Assembly (NCBI RefSeq): GCF_021028975.2
Contig: NC_059429.1
Coordinates: 47,430,001 to 47,494,000, forward strand
Length of the DNA stretch: 64,000 bases
Origin: Sphaerodactylus townsendi
Taxonomy: Eukaryota
Reading direction: 5' to 3'
Shown here: one piece after another, positions 42,130 through 56,000 of the stretch
Position numbering within the stretch: position 1 is the first letter of the stretch
How the letters are laid out: each line of letters begins with the position of its first letter
Notes under the pieces: generated by a model
Told to the model about the DNA's origin: nothing
Seen by the model: only the letters and a program-made list of their open reading frames with translations
The model's database searches: none
Program-made: the position numbers and the translations under genes

Positions 42130-43789
42130 TAAATTGAAGTCCCATATTTGTTTGGTAAATGTTTTCTTTGAATCAGTATGGTTGTTAAACTTTTCCTATC
42201 TTTTCTGTACCAGGAAGATAAATTAACCTGTTTTTAGCCTCAGCTCATTCATTGGGCATTACTCTTCCAGCACATGCAGAGAAGACACTGCTCTCTTTGA
42301 ACTGATAGAAATCTCAAATTTCCAGAAGCTTTCCTTTTACTTCTCTTGCAACTGCTTGTTGTATTGCCATTACCACATCCCATGGCAGTGAGTTTAAAAT
42401 CTTTTATCTCTATATATAAAATACAAGGTAACAACTTACTTTTTAAAGAGCTACACAGATGTGTGAGTGGAGAGGGTAGGCTGTGCTGACATGAGTGCAT
42501 GCAAGGCATATTGGCAGTGACTCACAGTTTTATAGAGCCTGTTGTATTTTTTCAAACCACAGGCTTTATTGCTAGTAATGGATATAATATGAAGAAATTT
42601 GTGGAACCTTTTGTCACTTGTTTCTTCTTCCTGGTCCTTTCACAGAACTGATTGACTTACGTGGCAAAGAACCTTAAATGTGCAGGGTGTAGCTGCAACA
42701 ATGTCTGTGATCATAAATACTTACTGAAGTTTGTAAGATGGTTTGCCTTTAGAAAGCACCTAATCCTTCCTAAGCACATAATAGTTATTTTATTGTCTTT
42801 GGACAGTCACTCTTTTTTTTTTTTACAAAACAACTGCATAAAGCTGACCAAATTCAGTATTTCATGTTTATTAAGGAATAAGTGTTTTCATATGGTACAA
42901 AAATTGTATTAGAACAGTTCCTTGCTTATCAGGGAGAGGGCAGTTTGGAATAGTGAAATGGTTAATTGCATGTATTGTATATTTTATGTACCCTTGAACT
43001 AGTATAACTGTTATACTAGTTAACAAAAAGACAAAAAATTGACTGCTTTATCACTGAATCTTTTTAGGTTGATGTAATGGTATAGTAACATAAAGATACT
43101 CAAAAGATTTTATTCAAATGCTCATAAGATTTTACAGAAGCAAAAATCAGGCACATTTCGTGAAATGTGAAAAATTCCCTTTTGAAAAATCTGCAGCAAA
43201 AACTTTTTCTGTACTAAAAAGATATGGGGTACTGTGGGCAGTGCAAACCTCAGTGGGGAGACTTTTGTGGCAGCTGGAAATGGTGTCCCACTGCGCAGCC
43301 ACTTTGCCTTCTAAGGAGTTTCAGGGGGCATGTGGGACAACAAAACTGGCAAGTCCCCCGGGCCAACCTAAAAATCCCCTACGCGGCCCAAAGAGCTTCA
43401 CCACACCTTGGGATGGTGTAAGTCACTGGCTGGCATAGGGGGCATCCCCAGGCTAAAAGCTCTGTGGAAGCTGACTGAAGTTGGCTCCACCCCTGGGAAC
43501 ACCCCTATAATGCTTTCACCTACAGGTTTCTGTGACAGAGGAATGCTGGTACTCAACAGCTTCCATGTTTGGGAACTATGGAGCTGTGCAGCGCCCACCG
43601 CTAGCTTATCTCCCCTAGCCACCAGCACATTTGCACCTTGTGCTGGCATAAGGGACACTCACACTGGTGTATTCTTGCACCACTTTCATAATACTTTCCC
43701 CCTGTGGATTGCATTGATAGTGTGCATTATCCTGTGCCTCTATGTAGAAGTTGTAGGACTCCATTTCAGTGGCTGTTTCAAATCCCCAA

Positions 43790-44400
43790 AGTTATTTATT
43801 TATTTACTTATTATGTAGATTTGTATACTGCCCTTCCCTTTTCAGGCTCGGCCATTTATAACGTCCCGTAAAACAATTTATAAATAATTTAAAACTTACA
43901 TTTTAAAACAAATACAATACTTAAAAACTAACAATAGAAACTAGTGCAGGTCTATACATGGGTCCCTCATTCTACCAGCATTTGTGACCTCAGACCTATG
44001 GCACTTCAGCAGCAGGGTCACTAAACAATATAGTGAATAGAGTAGGGGGGAAAGAACAGGAAAGAGGGGAGGGGGAGAAGAAAAGGAAGGGAAACAGGAA
44101 GGGAAGGGAAGGGAAGGAGAAGAGAGGACAGTGAGGAAGAAGGAAGGGGTCAGTTGATGTAACACCGTAGCTGCCTCAATCACAGCTGCCTCAAAAACAG
44201 CCGTAGCTGCCTCAAAAACAGCTCTGTCTTACAAGCCTTCAGAATTGCATTAAATCTTCCAGGGCTCTGGTCTCCTCAGACAAAGTGTTCCACCAGGTAG
44301 GGGCCAAGGCCAGAAAGCTTGAAACCAGCTGGATTTTAGGGCCAGGGATCACCAACAGATTTTCATTTCCTGAATGGAATGACCTTGCAGGATATCAGGA
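43790..44400 (-). mobile_element. L2-like LINE 3' end
   Basis: (TTTA)n tail at the left, purine tract, gtgttccaccaggtaggggccaaggcc block; reverse of the 24570-25147 type. Confidence 0.6.
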
Positions 44401-45029
44401 CCCAAGGAATTTGGACAGAGGCAAGGTGAGGTTGAGAAACTTTGAGCCTGTGAAACAGCTACTTATTCTACAGGAGGTCATTGCTTCTTTGGCTCTTGCA
44501 ATTCAACTGCAATCCTAATTCTTTTTTAAAATTAAATTATTGCTATTATTCCATTATAGTGGATTGGTAATGGAAGAGGCAAGAATGGAATGGATGAGGG
44601 AGGAATGATTTTTTCTTCCTTCCTGCGGTCCACTGATCCCTTATGCCATTGCTCCAAGCATTAAATTTCTGGAGGTCAGAAGTATTACTGGAGGTAGGAG
44701 CTAATGGGGTAAAACTGGAACCATCAGCACCTTCTTCTGACACCTCTTCTGACAGATTACTCACTATTTCTATCATGGCTGCGTGATATAATACTTATGT
44801 TATTGATTTAAACACTTATTAATCTTGCAGCAGTTAAGGCAGCTTACAATATAAAAAAATAGCTCTAGTCAATTCTCACTACCCATAAATTGCAGTTTTC
44901 ACAAATTCCATAAATATCAGCAGAGGAGGCAGTTGATTTATGATCATAAGGACCAGTGAAGCAACCCAATAATCCAACTCTGTATAATGTGATTTGCTCA
45001 TAAGTAACCATCCTTATGTGGAAGTCTAA

Positions 45030-45230
<201 letters not shown>

Positions 45231-45759
45231 TGATCTAACACTTTATGATCTTACTTGTTTGCCAAACAGCCTTTGAGCATGGGAAGTATTGCTCTAATGC
45301 AAAAATTCCTTAATGCCAGAATTGCAAGTGAAGTAAAAGAAATAAACAAAGCGCCTATTACCTTGGTTTAGTTCTCATCATTTGCCATAGTGGAAATGTA
45401 CTGAAGTGTGATATACTTTTCAAGGAGAAATTACTTTTTGGATAGGTAAACAAACCTTGCTATAATTGTATAATATTATAATTACTAACAGCCATGTTTC
45501 CACAGATATTTTTTTCAAAATGCCTGTACATTTGGAAAGTTATCATGTAGGGTTGGAACCAACCAGCACCTTCACTCAATCTCACCTAATTCCCCTCCTT
45601 GCTGCAGGCTTCATCCCCCCCTCCCCCCCCGCTCCTTTTTTTAATGTACAGGTCCGAGACTTCTGGCATAACATTTTGGTGGCCAGGAGAGAAATTGGTT
45701 GGATCCAACCTATAAACTGCTCTTACCACATCAGCAGGTATTAGCATTGCTTTGAGCAC

Positions 45760-46002
45760 TGTAGGAGAAACCACAGAGGACGCAACAACCATTCTACTCT
45801 AAGTATGTCATGTCACACTAAGATGTGTTTTTCTCTGTGGCAGACTGGCGTTGCACTCAATTTGTGTATATATTTAAAGACACCGAAGATGCCAGCCATA
45901 GATGCAGGCAAAATATTAGGAGCTAAAACTACCATGCCATGGTCACACAGTTCAGACAACCCACAACAGCCTGTTGATTCTGGCTGTGAAAGCCTTCAAT
46001 GA
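45760..46002 (+). mobile_element. Penelope-like element pseudo-LTR fragment
   Basis: gaagatgccagccatagatgcaggc...cacaacagcctgttgattctggctgtgaaagccttc recalled as a squamate Penelope pLTR; related to 48295-48399. Confidence 0.6.
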
Positions 46003-46137
46003 TCTTGTTTTTCTTGCAAAGTACTACTTCTAACATTTTAAAATTATGGTTAAACTCAGTGTTGGACAATCATGTGTATTTTGATGGTAATCTCTATAGC
46101 TGATTTAATTGTCTAGATTTAAGTAAACTCCAATATA

Positions 46138-46140
<3 letters not shown>

Positions 46141-46220
<80 letters not shown>
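46141..46220 (+). repeat. (TG)40 perfect microsatellite
   Basis: Seen directly; ends 45 nt before exon 3. Confidence 0.98.
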
Positions 46221-46223
<3 letters not shown>

Positions 46224-46246
46224 AAATCAGTAGAACATAAATTTGA

Positions 46247-46414
<168 letters not shown>

Positions 46415-46989
46415 TAGCTATGTGCCATGTTTCATAACAGTCTTAAGGGAACTGGCCCGCAACTGACTGTCATGAATAAAATTAGTACAATTCTGTATGG
46501 TTTCAGCACTTTCAGTCCATTGGATCAATTTCTTATTTCAAGCGCCTATTAGATCAAGAGTCACATCTTACTTCTGGACAACACGAGAAATGGGATGTAT
46601 GTGGATTTTGTTCTGGATTACTACTTTACATGCATGCTGAACATACTGTAAAGTAAAATTCTTGGGAACCTTGCAGTGCTACAGTTTAGTGGCTAAAATG
46701 CTGGATTTAGATCGGAAATACATTAGTTCAGATCCAGACCCAGTGTTTATCACTGTCTCTCAAACTAACATAACTTACAGGATTGATGTGAAGATTAAAG
46801 TAGGGGAAACCATATAAACTCAAACTACCAATATTCTCAGGTTTGTTTTCCATAAATATTGTTAATTTATTGCTGCTCTTTTACTTGTAGAATAATTCTG
46901 AAATTTGTATTATTGACTTAAGGGTAGAGAAAAACATGCTATAGTCTTAGGGTTGATCTTTACAAAGAAACTACAGTTTATCAATGTAG

Positions 46990-47193
<204 letters not shown>

Positions 47194-47325
47194 TGAAAAA
47201 TGTTGCTTTCAAACCCTGTTGTTTTCTTATAGAATCTATGTAAGGGAAACACTCTATATTCACATGAAGTTGCCTTATATTTAATAGGACCTGTTGATCT
47301 GTCAAGATCTTCAGTTACATACTCT

Positions 47326-47466
47326 GGCCCCTTCCGCACACGCAAAATAATGCGTTTTCAAACCACTTTCACAACTGTTTGCAAGTGGATTTTGCTATTC
47401 CGCACAGCTTCAAAGAGCACTGAAAGCAGTTTGAAATTGCATTATTCTGCATGTGCGGAATGAGCC
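47326..47466. mobile_element. PIF/Harbinger-like MITE
   Basis: GGCCCCTTCCGCACA...TGCGGAATGAGCC; 3-bp TSD TCT; copy of 9346-9485. Confidence 0.82.
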
Positions 47467-48294
47467 TCTGATTAGAAACAGCTCTTCACAAGTTTTTTCA
47501 CATCCCCCATTATCTGGTCCTTTCAACTAAAGATGCCAGGGATAGAACTTGGGCCTTCTACATGCAAAACAGACGTTCTACATATGAATCAGAGCCCCTG
47601 CCCAAATACCACTGAGCCCAACCCTGCAGTGTTCTGACCTGATCTACCTTGGTGGTTGCAATTATGGCCATTTTCATTCCCTCCCCCCTTGCTTTAAAGA
47701 GCATTTTTGAAGTTTAAAATATAAATATATAACCTACATTTCCATCAGAAATAGATCTTTCGCAGGTGATGGTCATGATTTTAAAATATCGACTTTTAAA
47801 AATACGCACAATCTTTTTATTGGAGGTGCTAAGTAGCAGATCAGTAAAGAGACTAGTAATGATCAAGATATGCTTTGTCAAAGGGAATATTTGAAGCCTG
47901 GCATTTTCAAAGACAGGTTAGACATTAAAGTGACTGACTTCTACTTACATCTCAGTCTTCCTCTCATCCTCAGAACTGCAGGACTGAGAATGTCTTTGTG
48001 TCATACTGAACCATACTGAATTGGCAGGTCTCTGGGAAGTCTTGGGAGTGACTAGATTCCAATGATGGCTGCATAAACTGCGAATGAGCAAGTTGTATTC
48101 TCCTTCAATCTGTTGTCCTGATTTCTCTTCAGTACCCCCATCATGACTCTAATATTCATGGAGCCCAAGACAGGATTGAACAGCAATGTGCTGGGAAAGA
48201 TATAGCTACCATGTTGGTTGGATCTGCTTGTGGTACCCATTTGGGCCCCTCTTATCTGTACTCAACTGGTTTTCTTAAGCAAGACTGCACAGAG

Positions 48295-48399
48295 GTGCTG
48301 TGTGGTTTCCGGGCTGTATGGCCGTGTTCTAGCAGAACACGGCCATACAGCCCAGAAACTACACAGCACCCCAGTGATTCCGGCCCTGAAAACGTTCGA
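48295..48399. mobile_element. Minimal Penelope-like insertion with an inverted pLTR segment
   Basis: 37-bp inverted arms (48294-48330 / 48334-48370); flanking 15-bp direct repeat CAAGACTGCACAGAG (48280-48294, 48400-48414). Confidence 0.7.
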
Positions 48400-50338
48400 C
48401 AAGACTGCACAGAGTTTGGAATGAAGTGCCATTAATAACACCCAACTCTTTTCGACAAGGTACTGCTAAGGAAACTACATCCTAGCAACTCAGCTCTCTC
48501 TTTTGGATGATAACTGGACAATTCTGGCTGTACTGTAGTCTAAGACACATTGTAGTTTTACACTGCCTTATGAAACGTCCTCAGGATTGTGTAACAGAAG
48601 ACTAGCTAATTATCATGAGTTACCAGAAAGGCCCACACATTCCTGACAGCAGGGCATTACCCCAGTGTTTTCTTAAATAAAAATAACAATGTCCAGAGAT
48701 GGCAATTTTAATATGTTTTTATGTAGGATGAAGTAAATGAAACAAATCACAAATGCATTGAATAAATGTACTCCCCAGAAGGGTTGGATGTCACAAGATA
48801 TGTTCTCTTAACACTATTTGTTTTAGGTTGTTGAGATCAAACTAAGTTTTCAATATATGTGCCATTCAGCTGAATGTCAGCTGAGAACCCTATTTATGTA
48901 CCCTGCAACAACAGAGTCTTGAGCACATGTATAGAACCTATGTAAGCTGATCAGGCTTAAGCCACTTTGGGCCATATTGTGGAAGAAATAGTTTCCCTAG
49001 GGTTCAGAATGTGTTTGAATGGGAAAAGGAATAGCAAAGTGTTCAAAATGCTGTTGAAGCATGTACTTGTGCAGATGCCATATACTGATTGGGATGCGAG
49101 AATTGCCAGGGATTCTTTTTTACCATAGAATTTCTAGCAAGTTCTAAATCAGATGATGTCACTTCCAGAAGTAATGTAATGCCATTTACTGATGGCAAAC
49201 CCCCCCCCCCCCCCGTTTTTTCTGGTTCCAAGCTACTGACTGGCAACCCCCCTGTCCTTCCCACTCCAAACGTATCTCCAGCTATCACATTATTTATGTT
49301 ATTATTTATTTAAACATTTACATCCCACCTTTCCTTGTGACTCAGAGTGGTTTAAACATATGTTTTAAACCATCAAGTAAATCATCGTTAATCATTTCAG
49401 AAAGCACTACTCTCCTCTTACCTGAAGGTTATCGTAGCCTAGGAGGGCAAACTTAGATTGCACAGAGGAAATTACACTAGAGAACTGTACATACTTTCTC
49501 TCCCACTGTTGTTTCTACAGTCAGATTAATAACCCCAGTTAGCTGCTTTGAAAGAGAAAAAAACAAAAAATACAGGGGATCCTAATCCTGGATTTCCCAT
49601 ACTTCTCTGCAGAAACTACCTAGTAGGTATTTTTTTTCTTTCAATTTTACCTCTTTTCTTGATGTTCAGTTTACATGCTTAAATTCAGTGTGCTAGGAAG
49701 TTGGAGCAGAATATGTTTCAGACTGGAAAACAGAAAATTTAATTAGGCATGAGTGAAATGTACCTATAAAAGCATTTTGCCCTGTGAATTGAATGGCACT
49801 GCTTATGAAATTGCTCTGAAAGGCTATGAAATATCATCAGGATCATTAATTTGTTGGTTATACTCTTATCAATGAGGGTTTCTTCTGTCCAGGATAGCTT
49901 TTAACATTGTCCTCTACATTGTCTAGAGGACAGTGGCTATATGTGTATAGCAAAACAAATGTTAGTATTGCCTATTTGCTGTTAATGACAAATTCCTCTC
50001 AATGTAACAGGACAACGATCTATAGAATTGTTAAAACTGTTAATCTGCAACAGTGAAACTTGTACATATAAACAAGGGCTTTCTGTGGGGACAAACCATC
50101 CTCACCAAATAAACAGCATTTTTTTAAAGTGGGAATTGTATTGGTGTCTTCTAAGAGCTAAAGTCAAGATCTTTGTACTAGTCATATAGTACTTGATAAA
50201 TTCATGATGATCGTTGCAACATTTGTCTTTTAATTCTACCATTCATGTTTTAAAGTTTATTGCCTTTTATGCCTGCTCATAGGCTTCCTAAAGCCTTCTG
50301 GTTTGCAAGGGATTTGGGCATCTTAGTTGATAGGCAAA

Positions 50339-51229
50339 CCAACCAGGGGAGAGGTGATCCTAGATCTAATTCTATGAGGGACCCAGGACCTGGTATGGGA
50401 AGTCAGTGTTGTTGAGCCGATAGGAAACAGTTACCACAATGCTGTCAGATTCAGTATCTCTGCATGCGAGCAAGTGACAACTACTAATGTAGTTACATTC
50501 GACTTCAGAAGGGGAAATTTCTCAAAGAGATGAGAAGGATAGTGCGCAGGAAGCTGAAAGGGAAAATCAAGAGAGTCAAAACTGTCCAAGATGCTTGGAG
50601 GTTATTTAAAAACACAGCAATAAAAGCTCAGCTGGAATGTGTTCCGCAGGTTAGGAAAGGCAGCACCCAGTCCAAAAGAAAGCCATCATGGTTAATAAGG
50701 GAGGTTGAGGAAACTATCAGAAAAAAGAAAATGTCTTTTAGAAAATGGAAGTCCAGTTCAACTGATGAAAAATATGAGAAGGAACACAAATGGTGGCAAA
50801 AGAGAAGCAAGTTAGCTGTAAGGGAGGCAAAAAAGGATTATGAGGAACACATGGCTGCAAACATCAAGACCAGCAACAAATAGTTCTTCAAGTACATCAA
50901 AAGTAGGAAGCCAACTAGGGAAGCAGTAGGCCTGTTAGATGATGAAGGAACAAAAGGTGTGCTAAAAGATGACATGCAGATTGCAGAGAAGCTGAATGAA
51001 TTCTTTGCATCAGTCTTTCACCCAAGAGGAGGCAAGGAAAATTCCTGCACCTGAGGAATTTTAGGAGGCAAATCTGAGGAACTAGCGAAGATAGCGGTAG
51101 ACAAGGGAGAAGTTCTGGCAGCCATTGATAAACTAAATGCTACCAAATCCCCTGGCCCAGATTGCATTCACCCAAGAGTTCTTAAGGAGCTCAAGCATGA
51201 AATTGCTGATCTTTCACTTTAACACGCAT

Positions 51230-51268
<39 letters not shown>

Positions 51269-53050
51269 TTATTTCGATTTTTAAACCGCCCTATCCCCGA
51301 GGGGCTCCCTGAAATCAGCCTCCATCCTTGAAGACTGGAAGATGGCCAATGTCACACCAAACTTTAAGAAAGGATCTAGGGGGGTGCAGGAAATTACAGG
51401 CCAGTCAGTTTGACATCTGTCCCTGGTAAATTAGTAGAATCTATCATTAAAGATAAAATTATAAATTATAAATAAAAGAGTCAGCATGGCTTTTGCAGAG
51501 GCAAGTCCTGCCTTACAAACTTACTAGAGTTCTTTGAGGGTGTAAACAGGCATATGGATAAGGGGGAACCAGTGGACATTGTCTACTTGGATTTCCAAAA
51601 GGCTTTTGACAAAGTTTCTCACCAGAGACTGTTGAGAAAATTTAGCAATCAAGGAATAAGAGGGGAAGTCCTCCTATGGATTAAAAACTGCTTGAGAAAC
51701 CAGGAAGCAAAAGGTGGGTGTAAATGGGAAGTTCTCACAGCGGAGAGATATAGGAAGTGGTGTCCCCCAAGGATCCGTTTTGGGACCAGTGCTCTTTAAG
51801 CTATTCATAGATGACCTGGAAGTAGGAATGGGTAGCGTTGTGGCCAAGTTTGCGGATGATACCAAATTATGTAGGGTGGTGAGAACCACAAAGGATTGCG
51901 AAGAGCTCCCAGCGGACCTTTATGAATTAGGCAAGTGGGCTAAGAAATGACAAATGCAGTTCAATGTAGCAAAATGTAAAGTGATGCACATAGGGGCAAA
52001 AAATCCAAACTTCACATACACCTTACAGGGGGTCAGTGCTGTCAGTCACAGACAAGGAAATGGATTTGGGCGTCTTAGTTGATAGTTCCATGGGAATGTC
52101 AACTCAATGCATGGCAGCTGTGAAAAAGGCAAGCTCTATGCTGGGGATCATAAGGAAAGGAATTGATAATAAAACTGCAAAGATTGTCATGCCCTTATAT
52201 AAAGCAGTGGTGCGACTGCACTTGGAGTACTGTGTCCAGTTCTGGTCGCCGCATCTCAAAAAGGATATTAAGGAGATAGAAAAAGTGCAGAGAAGGGCAA
52301 CAAGGATGATTGAGGGACTGGAGCACCTTTCCTATGAGGAGAAGCTGCAGCGTTTGGGACTCTTTAGTTTGGAGAGGAGACGTCTGAGGGGAGATATGAT
52401 TGAAGTCTATAAAATTATGCATGGGGTAGAAAATGTTGACAGAGAGAAATTTTTCTTTCTTTCTCACAATACTAGAACCAGGGGGCATACATTGAAAATG
52501 CTGGGGGAAAGAATTAGGACTAATAAAAGGAAACATTTATTCATGCAAAGTGTGATTGGTGTTTGGAATATGCTGCCACGGGAGGTGGTGATGACCTTTA
52601 AAAGCTTTAAAAGGGGCTTGGACAGATTTATGGAGGAGAAGTCGATGTATAGCTACCAATCTTGATCCTCCTTGATCTGAGATTGCAAATGCCTTAGCAG
52701 ACCAGGTCAGTGGTGGGATCCAAAAATTTTAATAACAGGTTCCGATGGTGGTGGGATTCAAACAGTGGCACCACTGCACATATGCACCTCCAGTCCCTAT
52801 CGGGCAGGGAGGTTGCTTTAGTAACCCCTTCTCGGCACTCAGAAAAAATTAGTAACCACTTCTAGAGAAGTGGTGAGAACTGGTTGGATCCCACCTCTGG
52901 ACCAGGTGCTCGGGAGCAGCAGCAGCAGAAGGCCATTGCTTTCACATCCTGCATGTGAGCTCCCAAAGACATCTGGTGGACCACTGTGAGTAGCAGAGTC
53001 CTGAACTAGATGGACTGGTCTGATCCAGCAGGCTCTTTCTTATGTTCTTA
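50339..53050 (+). mobile_element. 5'-truncated CR1 LINE (end of endonuclease, RT, 3' UTR); frameshifted
   Basis: PTRGEVILDLIL; VDIVYLDFQKAFDKV; SGVPQGSVLGPVLF; KFADDTKL; LEYCVQFWSPHLKKDI..EKVQRRAT; 3' end tctttcttatgttctta; nested (ATTT)n L2-type tail at ~51228-51305. Confidence 0.93.
52708..52899. mobile_element. hAT-like MITE nested in the CR1 3' UTR
   Basis: Perfect TSD GACCAGGT (52700-52707, 52900-52907); same family as 38385-38576. Confidence 0.9.
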
Positions 53051-56000
53051 CTGTAAAAAACAGAATGCTGAACTAGATTAATTCTTGAAGGTGATATCCA
53101 TGACTGATGTCATCTATCACTATGTACTGTATCAACGACATTTTTGTCCCATCCTTCCTCCAAGACTTGCAGAGTGGTTATTTTTAGGTCTGAGGGGGAA
53201 TCTGAATTCAGTTCTCCCCAGTCCTCATCTGACACTCTCACCCCTACATGGCTGTAATTTCAAGCAATTTCCAGTGTTCAGGAAATGCATTTTACTCACT
53301 GTGTCAGACGATGACTCTGGTGTTGAACTTTATGTGTTTGCTTCCACAATTTGATTATTTGAATCTGAATTTACTTGAGATAAAAAGCAAGCTAAAGTGC
53401 CCTTTTGAGGTCTCTCTCTTGCTCCCTTTTGACATTCACAATCTTTTGGAGAGGAAACGGAGAGTTCAGAGAAAAACTATTTCTTTTTCAGTCACCGTGC
53501 AGAGAGATCAAATTGAATGGACAATAATAACTTGGAACCCTTCTTATTTTTTTATTTAAAGAAGTTTTATGCTGCTTCTCCCTGGAACCCACACAAGGCA
53601 TTTTACAAAGTGAAGTATAATGATACATTAAAATTCTTAATTAAAAGCCAGCTTTTTTAAAAAAAACCCATAAAACATGGATAATTAAGCTACATAAAAT
53701 TAATACCAGTTTCCAGATTAAAGCACACTATTAAAATGGTGATAAAACACCAACCCCTTGAAGGGGTTGAAGTGGCAAAAGGGGTGCTCTGGGTGAACTG
53801 AAACTTTTTGGCCTGAGAAGTAAAAGAGACTAATGTAGATGCCAAGCAATCCTCAAGGGGAAGAGAATCTTGGAGAGGTGCCTGTCTCTGGTGCCACTAG
53901 AGTTCCTAGGTGCCTGCTAATGGTGGGCAATCACTCACTGATTTCTTCTGCTGCCCATCAACACTCACCTGATGAGCACGTGAAAGCAGACCAGCCAAAA
54001 GCGGGGAGTAATGGGCATGTGTGTGCTGACGCCACTTACGGTGCAATATGTGCAAATGCTAGAATGTCTCCCTTGTGTGATGCTGGTGCCTCCACATCAC
54101 ACTAAAAGTGACATCATTGCACTCACAAGCATCAATCACCACCCCCTGTACAAGTCCCTCCCTGCGTCTCTCACCGGTAGCTAGAAGAAACCTGGCAACC
54201 CAGGTGCCACCCACATCATCTCTGAAGGTGGGGATTCAGAAAGCAGAGCTTGTAAGCCAAATCTTAACTGGTGGGTTGAACAATATGAACGGTCCTTCTT
54301 TTTAAAAACAGCCTTGCTTAATAACAAGAAATGACTACTGATTTTCTAGTGAAGTGTACTGCATCCTTGTAAAGCAAGATGAAAGTTAAATTGGCTGTTT
54401 CTGATATTTGGGGAGTGTTGAGCTCAGTCCAATATGAGAGGGGAGAAGATAATGGTTAAAATGCATTTTGGTTAGCTGGTTTTACACACCATGTCTCAAA
54501 TATAGCCCTAAAAAAGGGCCAACCTAACCATATAGCTGAAACATACCATGCTTTACGGGGCATCAAAATAGATGGAACTCAATTTGTTTTCTCTGTTTAA
54601 CTATATTAATATGTTGTCTCTTGGCTTCTCAGCTTCGACTAAATTGAATATATTGCAACGTGATGGGGGCAAATGTCTGTTGCAGCAAGATTTCTTGTAT
54701 GGACGTATTTCCTCATGCCCTACTTTCAATTTCTAGTCTCCCCGCAGCAAGCAAGACCATTTGTAGCAGTAATAGCACTAATTAATTTTGCTTCCTAGCC
54801 AGAGTGGGGAGATTTTCCAGTCAGCTTTGCCCCAGACCTCTTCCCTTTGCCCACTGCCAGCCTGCCCAGCTCCACCTTTCCCACTCCTCACACTGCCATC
54901 CATGCCTTTCCCCTTGCCACATTGTTGCTTCCTCCTTTGTGCTTCTGTAATGCTCATTTCCATATAACAAAGTATTGATATGTCATTTGCAAGGAACAGC
55001 ACAAGCAAGGTCTGTTTCTGGCTCCACTCCACCTCCCGCACTCTGCTTCTGCTGATCGGGAGGGCTTTTAAAAACATTTTTCAGACAAGCCTCTTTTTAA
55101 AAACAAGTGTCTCTTCTGTGGCAGCAGCAAGAGAGAGCTGGGAGGGAGGGAGGGAGGGAGGGAGGAGAATATCTGCTCTATGGTATTGGGACTCCTGAGT
55201 GTTATGAGATCTGTGCCTTTAAGAGGGGCAGCGTTAAGAAAACCTGGAAACAGAGGCCTGTTGAGATTAGCTGCGAGGGAGGACTGGGCTGCCTCCTCAC
55301 ATGTAAACAGAGAAACAAGGGGAGACCACACTTCAGCCTCACCATGCAGCTAAAAGGCTTGAGGTAAGTGTTCCATGAGTAATGGGCCATAATATGCCTG
55401 AAAGAATGTAGGCTGAGAAATCTCACTTCCTGTGAGGCATGGTACATTCTTTGCTGCTTTTCTTCATTTGATGTTTGGCCAAAACTCTGACCCAAGGGCT
55501 TGAATAATGGCCCTTTACTCTCAGGATGAAAAAGTTGCACATTAGCCACTTTACTGAACCCAGAATTACTACTTACAGCTAGTGACTTCCCAGGAGAAAT
55601 ATATAAGAATTTTTATCTTGATCTCTCTGAGAACAGAAAAGAAAATAGTTTCTATTAAGGAGAACAGATGTTCTTAGCCACATAAGATTAAATAAGTTTA
55701 TTGTGAATGCTGACAAAAGTTATTTGCTTGATTTTTTACTTTGTTCCTGCATTTTACTACTGTTTCTAATTACTTAGACTTTCTGTTATTCAAATTGTTG
55801 TGTTTTTGTTTTGGATATGTTACCAACTTACTGCATAAGAAAATGGTTTTTATGTGGGAGTGCGGACAGGGAGAAGCATTCAAAACAATTGACCAAACTT
55901 TGCAGTCTGAATTGGTACAGTTCAGGATTCCAGTGCCTAATCTACCAACTCAACATATATACCGTATATTGTGCAGATTGATTTAAGATTTCTTAGCCTT

